DNA from: Chloroflexota bacterium
Lineage (GTDB): Bacteria > Chloroflexota > Anaerolineae > Anaerolineales > E44-bin32
Direction: 5' to 3'
Assembly: GCA_022561385.1 (NCBI GenBank)
Contig: JADFRG010000009.1
Location: forward strand, 9,051 to 73,050
Length of the DNA: 64,000 nt
Shown: positions 45,610 to 55,809 of the stretch, one piece after another
Position numbering within the stretch: the stretch's first letter is position 1
How the letters are laid out: each line of letters opens with the position of its first letter
Translations under genes and position numbers: made by a program
Notes under the pieces: generated by a model
Told to the model about the DNA's origin: nothing
Databases searched by the model: none
Seen by the model: only the letters and a program-made list of their open reading frames with translations

Positions 45610-46167
45610 ATGATCAAGGACGCCTTAAGCGAGGCGAATTCTCGAATGTCGGGGGCAGTTCGGGCGCTTGAGGACGATCTCGGAGCGATCAGAACCGGAC
45701 GCGCTTCACCCGCGCTCGCGGAGAAGATCATGGTGGATTATTACGGCACCCCCACACCCCTGATTCAGCTGGCAACTATTTCTGCTCCGGAACCGCGACT
45801 GCTCACCATTCGACCCTTCGACCCGGCCAGCATCAAAGATATCGAGCGAGGGATCCTCTCTTCCGATCTTGGCCTCACGCCGAATAACGACGGTAAAATC
45901 ATCCGTCTCAGCATTCCGGCGCTCACCGAGGACCGGCGGCATGAACTCGTAAAACTGGTCAAGGCACGGATGGAAGAGGCACGTGTTTCGGTGCGAAACG
46001 TTCGACGCGACGTTCATAACGATATGCGTGAGTTTGAAGGTGAGAAGCTGGTCTCCGAGGATGAGCTCCATCGCGGCGAGGAAGACCTTCAGAAGGTGAC
46101 GGACGAGATTATTGAGCAGATCAATGCCGTCGGAGAACGCAAGGAGCGGGAAGTCTTAGAGGTTTAG
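45610..46167 (+). CDS. frr: Ribosome recycling factor
   Basis: IRTGRA, LGLTPNNDG, LTEDRR, RNVRRD. Confidence 0.97.
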   Translation: MIKDALSEANSRMSGAVRALEDDLGAIRTGRASPALAEKIMVDYYGTPTPLIQLATISAPEPRLLTIRPFDPASIKDIERGILSSDLGLTPNNDGKIIRLSIPALTEDRRHELVKLVKARMEEARVSVRNVRRDVHNDMREFEGEKLVSEDELHRGEEDLQKVTDEIIEQINAVGERKEREVLEV

Positions 46168-46179
46168 GGCCCGGGCACA

Positions 46180-46908
46180 ATGGACCAATCAGAACAAAAG
46201 CTGCCGGATATCATCCCAACCCACGTTGCCATCATTATGGATGGCAACGGGCGCTGGGCTCGGGAACGGCACCTGCCCAGATTGGCGGGCCACCGCGCGG
46301 GCGTGGAAAAATTACGCCGCGTGTTGCGCGCGGCCGTCGAATTTGGGATCCGCTACCTGACCATCTACGCGTTCTCAACCGAAAATTGGGAGCGACCCTC
46401 CCGCGAAGTGCGGGGCCTGATGAATATTCTCGAGGATGTGATCGATCGCGAACTCGCCGAGATGCACAAGAACGGCGTACAACTCCGCCACATCGGACGC
46501 CTGGAAGGGTTGAGCCCTGAGCTCCAGGAAAAGGTGCGACACGCGATCGAGTTAACGAAAGACAACAAACGGCTGGTTCTAAACGTGGCCTGGAATTATG
46601 GTGGGCGAGACGAAATCATTCATGCCATTCAGGGCATGATTGACGACGGCGTCGATTCGGCAGATGTCGATGAAGATATGGTACATCGATATCTGTTCAC
46701 CTCAGAGAGTCCCGACCCCGACCTCGTGATCCGCACCTCCGGCGAACTACGAGTGAGCAATTTCCTGATCTGGCAGAGCGCGTATTCGGAGTGGGTGTTT
46801 CCTGACACCTATTGGCCAGACTTCGGGCCAGATCAATTACGCGAAGCACTCTGGGACTACGCACGGCGAGAACGGCGTTTCGGCACCGTAACGGCGCCGA
46901 TCGCTTGA
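46180..46908 (+). CDS. uppS: Isoprenyl (undecaprenyl) diphosphate synthase
   Basis: IIMDGNGRWA, AFSTENW, IRTSGELRVSNFLIWQ. Confidence 0.97.
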   Translation: MDQSEQKLPDIIPTHVAIIMDGNGRWARERHLPRLAGHRAGVEKLRRVLRAAVEFGIRYLTIYAFSTENWERPSREVRGLMNILEDVIDRELAEMHKNGVQLRHIGRLEGLSPELQEKVRHAIELTKDNKRLVLNVAWNYGGRDEIIHAIQGMIDDGVDSADVDEDMVHRYLFTSESPDPDLVIRTSGELRVSNFLIWQSAYSEWVFPDTYWPDFGPDQLREALWDYARRERRFGTVTAPIA

Positions 46909-47714
46909 TGCTGCGCCAGCGCATAATCATCACATTCCTTTTTCTTCCGATCATCCTATTCTTGATCGTCAGAGGTGGCTGGTTATATGTGGCCGGAATC
47001 AGCCTGGCGCTCGGATTGGCGGCAGCTGAATTCGGACAGCTTTTTCGCCGCGTGGACCTGAGGCCCTCGATCCCGCTGCTGGTCGCGGGGGTGGTTGGAT
47101 TGGTGATCGCCCGCTTTCAACTGGATTCCGAGAAGACGGAATTGTTGCTCGCCGGCATCGGGCTGCTGAGCATGACCTGGCATCTGGTTGATTACGACCG
47201 AGGGGCGACGCGATCCGGCACCGATTTCGCCGTGACGCTCGCGGGAATCTTCTATCTCGGCTGGATTGGCGCTTACATGGTAGAGCTAAGGTTGCTCCCG
47301 GAAGGACAATGGTGGGTTCTAATCGCCTTGCCGGTTGTGTGGATTTCGGATACCGCGGCCTACCTGGTCGGAAGACGATTTGGCCGGCGTCCGCTGGCTC
47401 GCCGTTTAAGTCCGAACAAGACCTGGGAGGGTTACCTCTCGGGAGTGCTGACGGGCACACTGGCGGGTGCCGGCCTCGCGGACTTGTACGGCAGTTTGGG
47501 CGGGGGGGTGGAAGTCGCGGGGGGCGCCTTTGTGGGTTTCCTGGTAGCAACCGTCGCCCCGCTCGGAGATCTGGGTATCAGCATGTTCAAACGCGAGATG
47601 AACGTGAAAGATACCGGCACGCTGCTCTCCGCGCACGGAGGGGCGCTGGACAGGGTCGACTCCTGGCTGTGGGCGGGTGTGTTGGCTTTTTACGCCGTAA
47701 TCTGGGTAGTCTGA
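46908..47714 (+). CDS. cdsA: Phosphatidate cytidylyltransferase (start ATG 46908)
   Basis: DTAAYLVG, SPNKTWEG, GDL..S.FKR..VKDTG..L..HGG.LDR.DS. Confidence 0.95.
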   Translation: MLRQRIIITFLFLPIILFLIVRGGWLYVAGISLALGLAAAEFGQLFRRVDLRPSIPLLVAGVVGLVIARFQLDSEKTELLLAGIGLLSMTWHLVDYDRGATRSGTDFAVTLAGIFYLGWIGAYMVELRLLPEGQWWVLIALPVVWISDTAAYLVGRRFGRRPLARRLSPNKTWEGYLSGVLTGTLAGAGLADLYGSLGGGVEVAGGAFVGFLVATVAPLGDLGISMFKREMNVKDTGTLLSAHGGALDRVDSWLWAGVLAFYAVIWVV

Positions 47715-47877
47715 ACCGTGGCGGGGGGGGGTAAGAAGCATCCTGGCGCTACCGTTAGAATCGACCCAGGGACGGTAACGAACGCATTATGGCCCCGGAT
47801 GCGCTTGAGGTTAGGCGGGAAGCCCGCTTGTTGGGCAGCGGCCAAGCTAGAGGTCTGCATGTAGGCCGGAGGTCTGC

Positions 47878-47906
47878 TTGCGTGGCCAATATTCAAATGT
47901 TATAAT
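47878..47906 (+). promoter_or_regulatory. Putative sigma70 promoter of rho
   Basis: TTGCGT-N17-TATAAT with TG extension. Confidence 0.6.
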
Positions 47907-48049
47907 CGTCGCGTTAGAACCTTTTCAAGAAATCCCCAACCACGCAAAAGAGCCTGGCTGTCATCTAGCACCTATAAAGTGATTCCTATCCAGCGCACGG
48001 GAGTTTGCCAAATCCGCGGATAGCCTCACTTCCCGCAGGGAGAAAACCT

Positions 48050-49330
48050 ATGAACATTGGGGAACTGGAAGCCTTACCCCTTACCGATCTGCGCGCCAAG
48101 TCCAAGGAAATGGAGATTCAGGGCGCCACCCGCCTGAAGAAGGAGGATCTCATCCTGCGCCTCATGCAGGCCGAGGCCGAGCGCAAAGGCCTTGAGCTTC
48201 GAGGCGGCGTGCTTGAGGTCATGAACGAGGGCATGGGATTCTTGCGCGCCGAACATTATCTTCCCGGCCCGAACGACATCTACGTATCGCAATCTCAGAT
48301 TCGCCGCTTCGGTCTGCGTACGGGCGATATGGTCATCGGCCAGATCCGGCCACCAAAGGATACGGAGAAATACTACGGATTGTTACGGGTCGAATCCATC
48401 AACAATCTGAATCCGGATGAAATCAAGAACCGTCCCAAGTTTGAGAAGCTGACCCCGATCTTTCCGGAGGAGCGTTTCAACCTCGAGACGGATCGACATG
48501 CGCTGGCGAATCGGATGCTGAACCTGGTGGCTCCGATTGGTAAAGGGCAGCGTGGTTTGATCGTTTCGCCTCCGAAGGCCGGTAAAACCACCGTGCTCAA
48601 GGGTATTGCGAATGCCATATCGCAGAACTACCCGCAGGTTCACCTCATGGTGGCGCTCATTGGGGAGCGCCCCGAGGAAGTGACCGATATGGATCGCTCG
48701 GTGGATGCGGAAGTGATTTCCTCCACCTTCGACGATCCCGGCAGCTCGCATGTACGGGTGGCCGAAATGGCTCTCGAGCGCGCGAAGCGGTTGGTGGAAT
48801 GTGGTCGTGACGTCGTAATCCTACTCGACTCCATCACGCGCCTTGCGCGGGCCTATAACTTGATGGTCACGCCCTCCGGCAGGACGTTATCCGGTGGATT
48901 GGATCCGGCTGCGCTTTATCCGCCGAAGCGTTTCTTCGGTGCCGCGCGCAATCTGGAAGACCATGCGTCGCTGACCATTATCGCCACCTGCCTGGTGGAC
49001 ACCGGCTCGCGATTGGACGACGTGGTGTACGAGGAGTTCAAGGGCACCGGCAACATGGAGTTACATCTCTCGCGCCGGCTCCAGGAGCGCCGGGTGTTTC
49101 CTGCGTTCGACATCGATCGATCCTCGACCCGTCGCGAGGAGCTGCTGCTCGGACCGGACATCACGCAGAGGGTATGGCTCATGCGGCGGATGTACTCACA
49201 ATTGACCACCGCCCCACCCAATGGGGCCGGAATGGAGATGGTCAAAGCTACCGAAGCCATCATCGACCGAATTCGGCGCACGGAGAATAACGTAGAGTTC
49301 CTCGAAACGCTGACCGAAGACACAGCCTAG
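48050..49330 (+). CDS. rho: Transcription termination factor Rho (start ATG 48050)
   Basis: DIYVSQSQIRRF, PPKAGKT, LDSITRLARAYN, EEFKGTGNME. Confidence 0.97.
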   Translation: MNIGELEALPLTDLRAKSKEMEIQGATRLKKEDLILRLMQAEAERKGLELRGGVLEVMNEGMGFLRAEHYLPGPNDIYVSQSQIRRFGLRTGDMVIGQIRPPKDTEKYYGLLRVESINNLNPDEIKNRPKFEKLTPIFPEERFNLETDRHALANRMLNLVAPIGKGQRGLIVSPPKAGKTTVLKGIANAISQNYPQVHLMVALIGERPEEVTDMDRSVDAEVISSTFDDPGSSHVRVAEMALERAKRLVECGRDVVILLDSITRLARAYNLMVTPSGRTLSGGLDPAALYPPKRFFGAARNLEDHASLTIIATCLVDTGSRLDDVVYEEFKGTGNMELHLSRRLQERRVFPAFDIDRSSTRREELLLGPDITQRVWLMRRMYSQLTTAPPNGAGMEMVKATEAIIDRIRRTENNVEFLETLTEDTA

Positions 49331-49537
49331 GCAAGCGGGCTGGTCCCGAAATCGTCGAATGGCCGGCTGGGCTCTTGTTGGGACGGTTCGGTCACAATGA
49401 GCGCAGAGACCGTTTCCTACTAGACAAACCATTTTTACTTGACATAAAACACCTAGACCCTGGGCGATCGGGATGTGTTATTATCCGCGCTGTCCCAGGA
49501 ATGCCGGCGTAGGCCGCGCGTATAAGATGTTAGGAGC

Positions 49538-50647
49538 GTGCCCGGCACAACCCGACGAGATGCCTTGAATTCAGACGACTCCCCAAATCGAAAGCGAATT
49601 TGGTTGCCTCGATACGCCGAACATGCCGGATTTCTGCTCATCGCTGCGGTTGGCCTGCTCGTGGCGCGTGCCGGACTAGAGAGTCTTCCCGATCGTCCTG
49701 AAGCGGCTGCCGCGCCGGAGGTATCCGATGCGGAGCCGCTTGTTTTAGAACTTCCTGACTACGTCCAGCCTTCGGATCAATCCCTCCGTCGAATTGCCAG
49801 TGTGCACACGTTGATTCCAACCCGCGAGCGGTTGACCATATTGAAGTACGTGGTTCAGGCGGGTGATACGCTTTTTGGGATCTCCAATCGGTTCGGACTT
49901 CAGCCGGAGACGGTCCTTTGGGGTAATTTCGACACTCTGGAAGACAATCCGCACAGCCTGAAGCCAGGCCAGGACCTCAATATCCTGCCCGTAGACGGCA
50001 CTTTTTATGTGTGGAAAGAGGGCGATGGCCTGATCGGGGTTGCCGATTTCTTTGGAGTGTCTCCACAGGACATTCTGGATTGGCCTGGAAATCAGCTGCC
50101 GCAAGATTTGGATTTTATCAATCCCGATATCGAACCGGGATTTCCAATCGTGATACCGGGTGGGTCGCGGGAGACCGTAGATTGGCGAGCGCCGCGTATC
50201 ACTCGTGCGAATCCGGCTTCGGCCAGGATTCTGGGCCCTGGATTCTGTGGCTCGGTATATGACGGGCCGGTCGGCGCGGGCTATTTCGTGTGGCCGACAC
50301 CAGGGCGCTCAATCTCAGGTTATTCATTCAGCATCAACATTCATCCCGCACTTGACATCGGGGGAGGCGAGGGCAACGCGATCTACGCCGTCGACGCGGG
50401 GGTGGTGGTTTACGCGGGCTGGCACAATGGCGGATATGGCAACGTCGTTGTGATTGATCACGGGAACGGCTGGCAAAGCCTCTATGCTCACATGAGCAGC
50501 GTGTCCGTAGGTTGTGGCGACGGCTTGTTTCAGGGAAACGTAATTGGAGGAATGGGCAGCACCGGAAACAGCTCCGGGACACACCTGCACTATGAGATGC
50601 AGAACGATCAATTCGGGAAGATCAACCCGCTCAATTTCTTACCGTAA
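49538..50647 (+). CDS. LysM + M23 peptidase
   Basis: YVVQAGDTLFGIS LysM; HPALD, HGNGWQSLYAH, HLH M23 motifs. Confidence 0.9.
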   Translation: MPGTTRRDALNSDDSPNRKRIWLPRYAEHAGFLLIAAVGLLVARAGLESLPDRPEAAAAPEVSDAEPLVLELPDYVQPSDQSLRRIASVHTLIPTRERLTILKYVVQAGDTLFGISNRFGLQPETVLWGNFDTLEDNPHSLKPGQDLNILPVDGTFYVWKEGDGLIGVADFFGVSPQDILDWPGNQLPQDLDFINPDIEPGFPIVIPGGSRETVDWRAPRITRANPASARILGPGFCGSVYDGPVGAGYFVWPTPGRSISGYSFSINIHPALDIGGGEGNAIYAVDAGVVVYAGWHNGGYGNVVVIDHGNGWQSLYAHMSSVSVGCGDGLFQGNVIGGMGSTGNSSGTHLHYEMQNDQFGKINPLNFLP

Positions 50648-50669
50648 CCTGAATGTTAAACTCTGATCC

Positions 50670-51749
50670 GTGAACCGGACACGCGCCCTAGCGTTTTTCA
50701 GATCGTCTGTTTTTTGGAGCGCGGCGCTCGCGTTAGCGGTTTTGGGTGTGGCGGCCGCCGGCGTGCGGGCCAGGGCGGTGACCCCCGTGCGTCCGAAAGT
50801 TGACGAGAGCCCCCCGCCAACCTCCGCACCCGCGCTGCTCAACATTGAGGACCTTCCCTCTTTTGTTGTGGCAGAGGAGGCAGGAATCTCCCGGTTATCG
50901 GATGTCCATACCATTATCCCGACCCGCCCCAGGCTCGGCCTGCTCAAGTACCAGGTTCAGCTGGGCGACACGCTATTCGGCATTGCTGATAAATTTGGTC
51001 TGAAGCCCGAGTCAATCTTGTGGGGCAATTGGTACGAATTGGATGGAGATCCCCATTTCATCGCGCCCGGGCAGGATCTCAATATTCTGCCGGTCGACGG
51101 TGCGCTGCACCGGTGGTCGGCGGGCGAAGGATTGAATGGGGTGGCGAGCTTCTACGGGGTCACGGCTCGCGATATTCTCGACTGGCCAGGCAACAATATC
51201 GATCCTGCCATGGATCCTGCCAATCCGGACATAAAAGAGGGCTCAGGTCTGATCGTGCCGGGCGGGAAGCGGCAGCCGCCCAGCTGGCAGCTGGTGCGTA
51301 TCACGCGCTCCAATCCGGGGGTGGCAAGTATCCTGGGGCCGGGCGCGTGCGCCGCGGTCTCAAACGGACCGACCGGCGACGGTGTCTTCGGTTGGCCAAG
51401 TACGACCAAGGCCGTCACGGGAAATCCGTATATTCCGGGTGTGCACGAGGCGATTGATATTGGTGGCGGCGCGGGGAGTGGAATTTTCGCTTCGGACGAC
51501 GGAGTTGTTGTATACGCCGGTTGGAACGACTGGGGTTACGGCTACACCGTCGTGATCGACCATGGGAATGGCTGGCAGACGTTGTACGCCCACAACGGCC
51601 AGATCAAGGTGGGTTGTGGTCAGGCGGTCACTCAGGGGAGTGTAATCGCCGGAATGGGCTGCACCGGCAAGTGCAGCGGTACACACGTACATTTCGAAAT
51701 GCGCAGTGATACATTCGGGCGCGTGAACCCGCTCAATTTCCTCCCGTAG
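50670..51749 (+). CDS. LysM + M23 peptidase (tandem paralogue)
   Basis: YQVQLGDTLFGIA; HEAID, HGNGWQTLYAH, HVH; same INPLNFLP-type ending. Confidence 0.9.
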   Translation: MNRTRALAFFRSSVFWSAALALAVLGVAAAGVRARAVTPVRPKVDESPPPTSAPALLNIEDLPSFVVAEEAGISRLSDVHTIIPTRPRLGLLKYQVQLGDTLFGIADKFGLKPESILWGNWYELDGDPHFIAPGQDLNILPVDGALHRWSAGEGLNGVASFYGVTARDILDWPGNNIDPAMDPANPDIKEGSGLIVPGGKRQPPSWQLVRITRSNPGVASILGPGACAAVSNGPTGDGVFGWPSTTKAVTGNPYIPGVHEAIDIGGGAGSGIFASDDGVVVYAGWNDWGYGYTVVIDHGNGWQTLYAHNGQIKVGCGQAVTQGSVIAGMGCTGKCSGTHVHFEMRSDTFGRVNPLNFLP

Positions 51750-52227
51750 CGCCTCACAAGACGATCGAGCAGAGATACTCCGGCCGGATGGCTCTTATCC
51801 GCGGGCCTAGGCGACTCAGATGTAAATCGTTGTAGGACGGGGATGTTTATGCCGGAGGAGGTCCGGTACAGTCCGGCTGTCTCATCCATTTTTGAGCGGG
51901 TGGGTGGCGGAGATTGACGGGAGGTCAGGCACGAGACGCGCTTCTCGATGCCTAACGAACGGAATCTGCAGTTATCTTTACCGGCATCCGCGGCGCGCCT
52001 GGTTCGGCGTGGGGCCATCAGAGGGTTCTGACCGTGGAAAACGTGCCGTCAGATCTAATCGCGATCGCGCACGAGGTTTTGTAGAGAACACTCTTTGCTC
52101 GCAATTCTGCACATATCGATTCTCAAGATTAGACGGCAATCACTCGCATATACTCGATAATCCAATCGTATATGGGCCGCCTCGATCTAAATTATGGAAA
52201 TGGATGGGCATTGTCCATCCAATAATA

Positions 52228-52234
52228 GTTAGGC
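52228..52234 (+). mobile_element. First cassette core site GTTAGGC (attI-like or remnant attC R' box)
   Basis: GTTRRRY match, complementary to GCCTAAC at 53085; preceded by TGGATGG/CCATCCA hairpin. Confidence 0.45.
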
Positions 52235-52370
52235 GAATTACCATCTATACGCAGGCAGCGTGCGCAAATGTCGGTTTTGTTCCATTCAATTCCAAATGCT
52301 ACATTTTCGGTAAAGTCACTCCAATCAGAAATGAAAGGAATGAAAAATCAAGGCGCGAAAAAAGTCACTC

Positions 52371-52994
52371 TTGAACCAAATTGCTGACTTTGTTGAATCG
52401 CTTGGAGAAAGTCCGAAAACGACGAGACAGCACCAACCCCTGATTCAAGTGGTACAGCGTCTTAGAGAAGGGGTTGTCATTGACAAGTATACATACGTGG
52501 CCGTTTCTATTCTGCTGATGGCCCTCATCCTGGGTGCTTGTCAGGGTGCAGCATCCCCCATTGTTTTCCAGGACGCGCCTGTGCCGCCATTGCCGGTAAT
52601 ACATCTACACCACGGTGGACAGGTCTACGATGGGAAGGAAGGCAGTCGCTGTTGGCCGGCAGAAACGGGGGTCAGCCTATGCGCGGATGAAGGACCATTT
52701 CCTTGGAAGGTTCTTGATACAGCGCTGCCCGTGCCCGTTGCCACAGGAGACAGCATAACCGTAGAAGTTGAGGCTGACGGTCGACCAGATAGTATTCAGG
52801 TTGCTATTTACGACGCGACAGCCGAGCAGGCCTCCGATGCGTGGAGGCAAGTCATTGAGCTGGAGCCTAAACTTGAGCTACCATTTCGCGTTGATCTGCC
52901 AGAAGGTACGTACTTCATCCGTATCTCTGGACGATGGGCAGTTGGAGATGTCGCCTACAAGTTCAAATTGGCCGTCAGCTCTCCCTCGGAATGA
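52371..52994 (+). CDS. Hypothetical lipoprotein, cassette 1 (real start probably near 52479)
   Basis: Hydrophobic stretch ending in lipobox LGAC; ends just before attC. Confidence 0.65.
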   Translation: MNQIADFVESLGESPKTTRQHQPLIQVVQRLREGVVIDKYTYVAVSILLMALILGACQGAASPIVFQDAPVPPLPVIHLHHGGQVYDGKEGSRCWPAETGVSLCADEGPFPWKVLDTALPVPVATGDSITVEVEADGRPDSIQVAIYDATAEQASDAWRQVIELEPKLELPFRVDLPEGTYFIRISGRWAVGDVAYKFKLAVSSPSE

Positions 52995-53084
52995 AGAAGC
53001 CGTTGCGTGTGCGCAGTCGGCATGCGTCAACTCCGGTTGAGCGGGAAGCAGTCGAGGGACTGGCTTTCCATGGGGAGCGGGGCG

Positions 53085-53202
53085 GCCTAACACCCGCTGC
53101 ACCCGACGCGGCGGCAATTGAAAGTCCTGGAGCGAACGACGGCAACGGTCAGAGAAACTGGTATTCCAAAGTCCGCCGCGCGGGTGAGCTTCTCCGTTAG
53201 CT
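53085..53202 (+). mobile_element. attC site (118 bp, intact)
   Basis: GCCTAAC-acccg-CTGCACCCGACGCGGCGG ... CCGCCGCGCGGGTGAGC-ttctcc-GTTAGCT; extrahelical G positions conserved. Confidence 0.9.
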
Positions 53203-53307
53203 CGCATTACCTTGGTCTGTTCATCAGATACTTAGTGTCAAAGGCAAAACGGACTGTGTTCGAACCGATGATATGCTAAGAACTCGACTTCACGGAAGGA
53301 GCAAATA

Positions 53308-54090
53308 ATGGAAAGCAACACGTTTCGCTGGGAAGATGCGCGCCAGTTCAATTGGTGGCAGCTACTGTTGGCCACCTTTATCCCCAGTGGGATTGCCTTC
53401 TTCCTGTTTCATATTGTACTGCCGCGCCTGGTCGCCAATGGCGGGGGACGCCTTTCAAGTTGGGCCACAGTGGCCAGCATTGGCCTGTTTGCCTTTTCAT
53501 TGGGTGGGCTTTTTCTGCTGAACAAAGAGGCCAAAGAACTCGGAGTTTCCATCTGGAAGCGCATGAGCCTCCGGGGTCTCTCCTTACGACAATGGGGGCT
53601 ATATATTGTGCTGCTAGTCGTAGCGCTTCTACTGGCGTTCCTCATCCAACCGGTGACTGTCGGCTTTATGGAAGCGCTCGACTTCTTCCCACCAGACTAT
53701 TTTCCCTTCATACTCGACCCGCGCATCGACCCACTCAGTGCGCCAGAGAGCGTGATTTCCCCCAACTTGGCCATTCGCGGCAATTACAGTCTCATCCCGT
53801 TAATGTTGGTGGCCCTGGCACTGAACATCCTCACCGAGGAACTATATTTCCGTGCTTGGATGCTGCCGAAGATGGTCAAGTGGGGGAACTTGGGCTGGGT
53901 GCTGAACGGCGTTTTATTTGCGTTCTATCACAGCTTCCAGCTGTGGCTGCTACCTACTCTGCTTGTCGCCAGCCTGTCCTTCGCTTTTCTCTTCTATCGC
54001 AGCCGCAGTTTATGGGTGGTATTTGTTGGCCACCTAGTCGGCAATTTTCTTCTGACTGCACTTGGGCTTGTTGCTTTGATCGCGAGCTAG
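53308..54090 (+). CDS. CPBP/Abi (type II CAAX) intramembrane metalloprotease, cassette 2
   Basis: EELYFR, F..YH and H..GN motifs; multi-TM. Confidence 0.88.
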   Translation: MESNTFRWEDARQFNWWQLLLATFIPSGIAFFLFHIVLPRLVANGGGRLSSWATVASIGLFAFSLGGLFLLNKEAKELGVSIWKRMSLRGLSLRQWGLYIVLLVVALLLAFLIQPVTVGFMEALDFFPPDYFPFILDPRIDPLSAPESVISPNLAIRGNYSLIPLMLVALALNILTEELYFRAWMLPKMVKWGNLGWVLNGVLFAFYHSFQLWLLPTLLVASLSFAFLFYRSRSLWVVFVGHLVGNFLLTALGLVALIAS

Positions 54091-54291
54091 CCAGTCGCGT
54101 AGAGGAATACTGAAAAGACCTCGACCCATGCAATGGGTCAAAGTAGCGAAGCTTGGACCTCTAGCCCAGAGTTCTAGGCCCACTCGAAATAGTCAAACTC
54201 GCAACTGTTCGAATCGAAGAAACTAAGGCCGCCGCGCCATTTCATCATGATTATTGAGTGTTCTTTGGCTCCTATCTTCAGGATGAATGCG

Positions 54292-54494
54292 AGCTAACAA
54301 CTCACTGGAGCGGACCCGGCATCCAATTTCATCTGCTGGGGTTGTAAACAGGTAATCCCATCGTCGCTGTGGGGTGACACTCCAACTTATCATCGCAGCC
54401 AGGCCGACTTCGCAGGAGGTCGGGTATTGTCGTCTACGTCGGGCCGCTCCCCGCATAAGAACGCGGGATCTTCGACAGCTCGCAGTCGTTAGGT
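54292..54494 (+). mobile_element. attC site with 27-nt insertion in L' box
   Basis: AGCTAAC-aactc-ACTGGAGCGGACCCGG ... CGGGCCGCTC[54450-54476]AGCTC-gcagtc-GTTAGGT. Confidence 0.85.
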
Positions 54495-54546
54495 TTTACA
54501 AACCTAGCGAATAGATTGTAGTGGACTATAAGGAGATAATTGAATT

Positions 54547-54966
54547 ATGGTAGATGTGAAGATAAAGCTTTCAGCATTATGGGCAGCTCGAATGTTAACT
54601 GGTTTGCAGGGGGATACGCTGCGATCTAGTGATGCGGTATCTTTAAAGGAATTAATAGCGGGAGAAACCGCTGTACCAGTAACTCGTGAATTGTTGTTGG
54701 TATTCGCGATATTATTCGTGATTCCGATTTTTATGGTTTTCCTGTCAGTGGCGTTGAAGGATAAAGCGAATCGCCGAGCAAACATCATCTTAGGCATATT
54801 CTTTGTTGGGTTTGATCTCCTGTTTTTGATCTTGCTCTTATTTGTTCTTCCGGCATCTCCCGCTTATGACATATTTTTGGCATTTGTATACCCTGTGTTT
54901 ACTGGACTAGTTGTCTGGCATGCATGGAAGTGGCCTAAACAGGAAAGAGTGGAAGTCACACCATAG
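54547..54966 (+). CDS. DUF6326-like membrane protein
   Basis: VKIKLSALWAARML...P..M..LS..L....NR.ANI...WHAWKWP pattern. Confidence 0.72.
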   Translation: MVDVKIKLSALWAARMLTGLQGDTLRSSDAVSLKELIAGETAVPVTRELLLVFAILFVIPIFMVFLSVALKDKANRRANIILGIFFVGFDLLFLILLLFVLPASPAYDIFLAFVYPVFTGLVVWHAWKWPKQERVEVTP

Positions 54967-55073
54967 ATAGACGCTATCCGTTGGAACAGATAGCTGCGGC
55001 GCATAGCTGTGTTGAAAAAGGACACATAAAGTGAAATGTAGTCATAATTTTGGAACATAACAACAAACCCTAA
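54963..55073 (+). pseudogene. C-terminal remnant of MDR-family alcohol dehydrogenase
   Basis: [35 protein letters not shown], homologous to the end of 58303..59298. Confidence 0.82.
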
Positions 55074-55084
55074 CAAATTAGGAG
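55068..55084 (+). mobile_element. Collapsed attC (R'' and R' boxes fused)
   Basis: CCCTAAC-aaa-TTAGGAG, versus ACCTAACaaag[...]GTTAGGAG at the homologous junction 59293-59391. Confidence 0.65.
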
Positions 55085-55092
55085 GAATTCAA

Positions 55093-55809
55093 ATGACAAA
55101 TCGTATTGCCGAAACATCGCCACTTGTTTATGCAAGAGTTGCAGGGGGCTTGTGGCTAATTCTCGCCATATTCGGTGGCTTCGCATTTGTTTCTGTTTCA
55201 AGTCTTCTTGTGCCCGGAGAGGCCGCTGCAACAGTCAGTAATATCATGGCTTCTGAATCGCTATTCCGTATCGCCATTTTGAGCGATCTATTCAGCCAGA
55301 CGGTCTTTATAGTGTTGGTTCTAGTTTTGTACAAGTTACTCAAACCAGTGAACAATTTCGCTGCTTTGCTTATGGTTGTGTTCGTTATAGTCAGTGTCTC
55401 GCTACAGTCCATCAGTGCGCTTAACCAAATTGCTGTCCTGTTTCTATTGAGCGGTGCTGACTACTTGAGAGCTTTCCCCACAGATCAGTTGCCTGCTCTG
55501 GTGTTGTTATTTCTCAATATGCGCGAAGCTGGATTTGAGATTATCGCCCAGATATATTTTGGCCTTTGGCTCCTTCCCCTTGGTTATCTAGTTTACAAGT
55601 CGGGTTTCCTTCCCAGAATTCTGGCCGTCTTGTTGATAATTGCAGGTTTTGGCTATCTGATAAGTGTTGTTACATTCTTTCTTTTTCCCAACTTCGATAC
55701 GGATATTTCCCAGTTTACGTTTATTGGGGAAGTCACAATGCTCTTGTGGCTTTTGATTAAGGGTGTAAACGTCGAAAAGTGGGAAAAACGTGCTCTTGAA
55801 TCTGCCTGA
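55093..55809 (+). CDS. DUF4386 family membrane protein
   Basis: ARVAGGLWLI, LYKLLKPVN, FGLWLLPLGYLVYKSGFLPRILA, GE..MLLWLLIKG. Confidence 0.85.
   Translation: MTNRIAETSPLVYARVAGGLWLILAIFGGFAFVSVSSLLVPGEAAATVSNIMASESLFRIAILSDLFSQTVFIVLVLVLYKLLKPVNNFAALLMVVFVIVSVSLQSISALNQIAVLFLLSGADYLRAFPTDQLPALVLLFLNMREAGFEIIAQIYFGLWLLPLGYLVYKSGFLPRILAVLLIIAGFGYLISVVTFFLFPNFDTDISQFTFIGEVTMLLWLLIKGVNVEKWEKRALESA

Noticed and set aside
47715-48049. Absence of dxr after cdsA as evidence for the mevalonate pathway
   Set aside because: Gene order alone cannot show absence from the genome
51950-51956. GCCTAAC as R'' of an additional attC pairing with 52228
   Set aside because: No L''/L' complementarity and a 285-bp span
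51892-52374. 160-aa ORF, or integrase remnant upstream of the array
   Set aside because: No recognisable domain or tyrosine-recombinase residues in any frame I read; composition changes midway
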